NCBI GenBank assembly: GCA_035221665.1 | Contig: CM069131.1 | Span: forward strand, 49,042,001-49,106,000 | DNA length: 64,000 nt | Direction: 5' to 3' | From: Okamejei kenojei | Taxonomy: Eukaryota | In this document: positions 61,866 to 64,000 of the stretch, piece after piece | Position numbering within the stretch: the first letter of the stretch is position 1 | Layout: each line of letters starts with the position of its first letter | Notes under the pieces: model-generated | What the model saw: the letters and a program-made list of their open reading frames with translations, nothing else | The model's database searches: none | What the model was told of the DNA's origin: nothing | Program-made: the position numbers and the translations under genes

Positions 61866-62814
61866 AAAGTCTGAGGAAGAGTCCCGACCCAAAATATCGA
61901 CCCAGAAGTGATCTACTCCAGCTAGAATCTATTTTTGTTTAAAAAAAAAGGCTCAGCTATTCGATGTACAAGTATGTGCATGTTTGTATATGTGTGAATG
62001 AAATTACCTATCTGCACAGACTAAATGTTATCAATAGTTTCCTACAGAGTTATTGGATATGCCACTACAGTCAATAATCATTTAAAAAAATAAATCAAAC
62101 ACCAAAATCCTTTTACCTGCAATAGTCATAATTTTGCTTGGAATAAACAATGTATTGTATATTCAATATATTGTGTATTCAATATATACTGCACAATAAT
62201 AATCCTAAAATTTACAGAACTGATGCAACATGTTGTAATGTTGAGATATTGGAGTCATAGATTAATGGAGCAAGAAACAGGCCCTTCATCCAAACTTGTC
62301 TATGCTGATCCAAATGCTTCATCTAAATGAATCCCATTTGCCCGTTTGACCCTTATCCCTCTAAACCTTTCCTATCCATGTTCCTGACCAAATGTCTCTT
62401 AAATGCTATTATTAAAATTTACATATTAAAATCTCAGACACATTGTTAAATGTACATGATGGCTTCAGTCAGATGAAATGTGATCTAGATATTTACTGTT
62501 CTTGCCGTAACTGTACCTCAAAATCTTGTCTTTCAAAGCATTTCACTACTTACCGAACAAATAAAACTCCTCCAGGTAAAAGTTCTGCTGCTTATCTTTG
62601 AGGATGGCTGGGTCAAACAGTGAATGTTGCTTTGTTTACAGAAGGCATGAAGGGTGCTCCATCTGGTGGTAATTTCCATTTTTAAACCTAAAGCTTGCAT
62701 TTTGGTTCACAGTGACTCACAAAAAGGGTCTGAATAAGGGTCTTGACCCGAAATGTTGCCTATTTCCTTCGCTCCATCGATGCTGCCCCACCCGCTGAGT
62801 TTCTCCAGTGTAGC

Positions 62815-63370
62815 ATTTCTCCAGTGTCGCATTTTTGCGATTTTTCTCCGTGTCGCATCTCCGTTCCCCCCTGCGGCTTACAACGTGGAGTGGTGCGGCT
62901 TTTCCTGGAGACCGGCCCAGAGCTTCAAGCCGCGGGCATGGCGCGGAGCCTGGGATCTTTTGCCGAGGATTGCCAGTGTAGGAGCTTCGACTGTGGGCCC
63001 TGTGGACTTTAACACCGTAAAGCAGAGGTCTCCAGTAAGAAGCGGCCGACTCGGGAGCTCCATGACGCGGAGTATTCTGATCCGTCCCGACGGCGGAGTT
63101 TCGATCATCTCGACGAGAGGGCTGGAACAGCGAACCATTGGCAACAGCAAGTGCAGAGAGTTCAGCCCCGACCTTGGGTGAACAAAGGAGGAAGATGACT
63201 GAACTTTTATTGCCTTCTATCACAGTGAGGAATGTGGATTCTGCTGTGGTGGATGTTTATGTTAAATTTTATTTTATGTGAATTGTGTATTGTTGTTTTT
63301 CTCACTTAGTATGGCTGTATGGTAACTCGAATTTCACTGTACCTTAGTGGTACATGTGACAATTAAATTG
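62815..63370 (+). mobile_element. GC-rich non-autonomous element (hairpin family)
   Basis: CpG-rich body; hairpin at 63216-63253; Rex-like end atttcactgtacc...ggtacatgtgacaattaaa. Confidence 0.65.
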
Positions 63371-64000
63371 AATCTTGAAGTCCCTCCTGAAAGGAATTGG
63401 GCAGCAATAGGTCATTTAAGTACTTTTTCTTTTAGCTTGGAATTCTCACTTTATTTTTTAAATGTCTTTACATTTATTGGCAACTTTTGTTTGTGGTTCA
63501 TGGGTACTGATCTCCCAGATTGGAGTGATGTTTACCCGGCAGCAATCTATGAAAGGAAAATCAAATCAGAGAACCCTTCTTATTAGGCACAATATTCCAA
63601 TTAAGTAACAGAAAGAGGAACTCAATTTGTAGAAACAGAGAAACAAGGAACTTCAGATGCCACTGGTATGTACCAAAGATGGACAGACACACAGTGCTGG
63701 AATAATTCTGCTGGTCTCTTCTTTTTGCGTATGGCGTGCACAGTCTAAAGTTGCAGGACAACTTGTTCTATTTGATCTTACTTGATTGTGCACTGGGGGG
63801 TTGATTGCATTCGTCGAAGCAGGGCAGACGACGTGAAGGTTGCAATCTTCCGCCCCATTCTGCTAGTCAGGCAGCATCTCTGGAGAAAAAGGATGGGTGA
63901 CATTAAGAATGGTCCCCACCCGAAATATCACCCAACCTTTTCCCCAGAGATGCTGCCTGACCCCCTGAGTAACTCCAGCACTTTGTGTCTCACACAATTT

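Overview
Vertebrate genomic DNA, very likely an elasmobranch (skate/ray/shark), judged from HE1/V-SINE-type SINEs and CR1/Rex/Penelope repeats. The main gene is a rod photoreceptor cGMP phosphodiesterase catalytic subunit, best match PDE6B, on the + strand. Exons 1-16 are traceable from 13807 to 58468 with canonical GT-AG sites and consistent phases, and the gene continues past the window. Exon 2 is present only as in-order fragments separated by C-rich filler, probably an assembly error. The rest is repeat-dominated: a non-autonomous Helitron-like family (one intact short copy, a head-to-tail array with kb-long polypyrimidine tracts, one intronic copy); a DIRS1-type tyrosine-recombinase retrotransposon with both termini and its internal complementary region; nested CR1 LINEs; Rex1/Babar LINEs; Penelope fragments and many short Penelope-linked repeats carrying a minimal hammerhead ribozyme motif; and a GC-rich non-autonomous family with a covarying hairpin. 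Several stretches look like low-accuracy consensus, and there is one N gap. Protein comparisons are from recollection of human PDE6 paralogs; no search was run.
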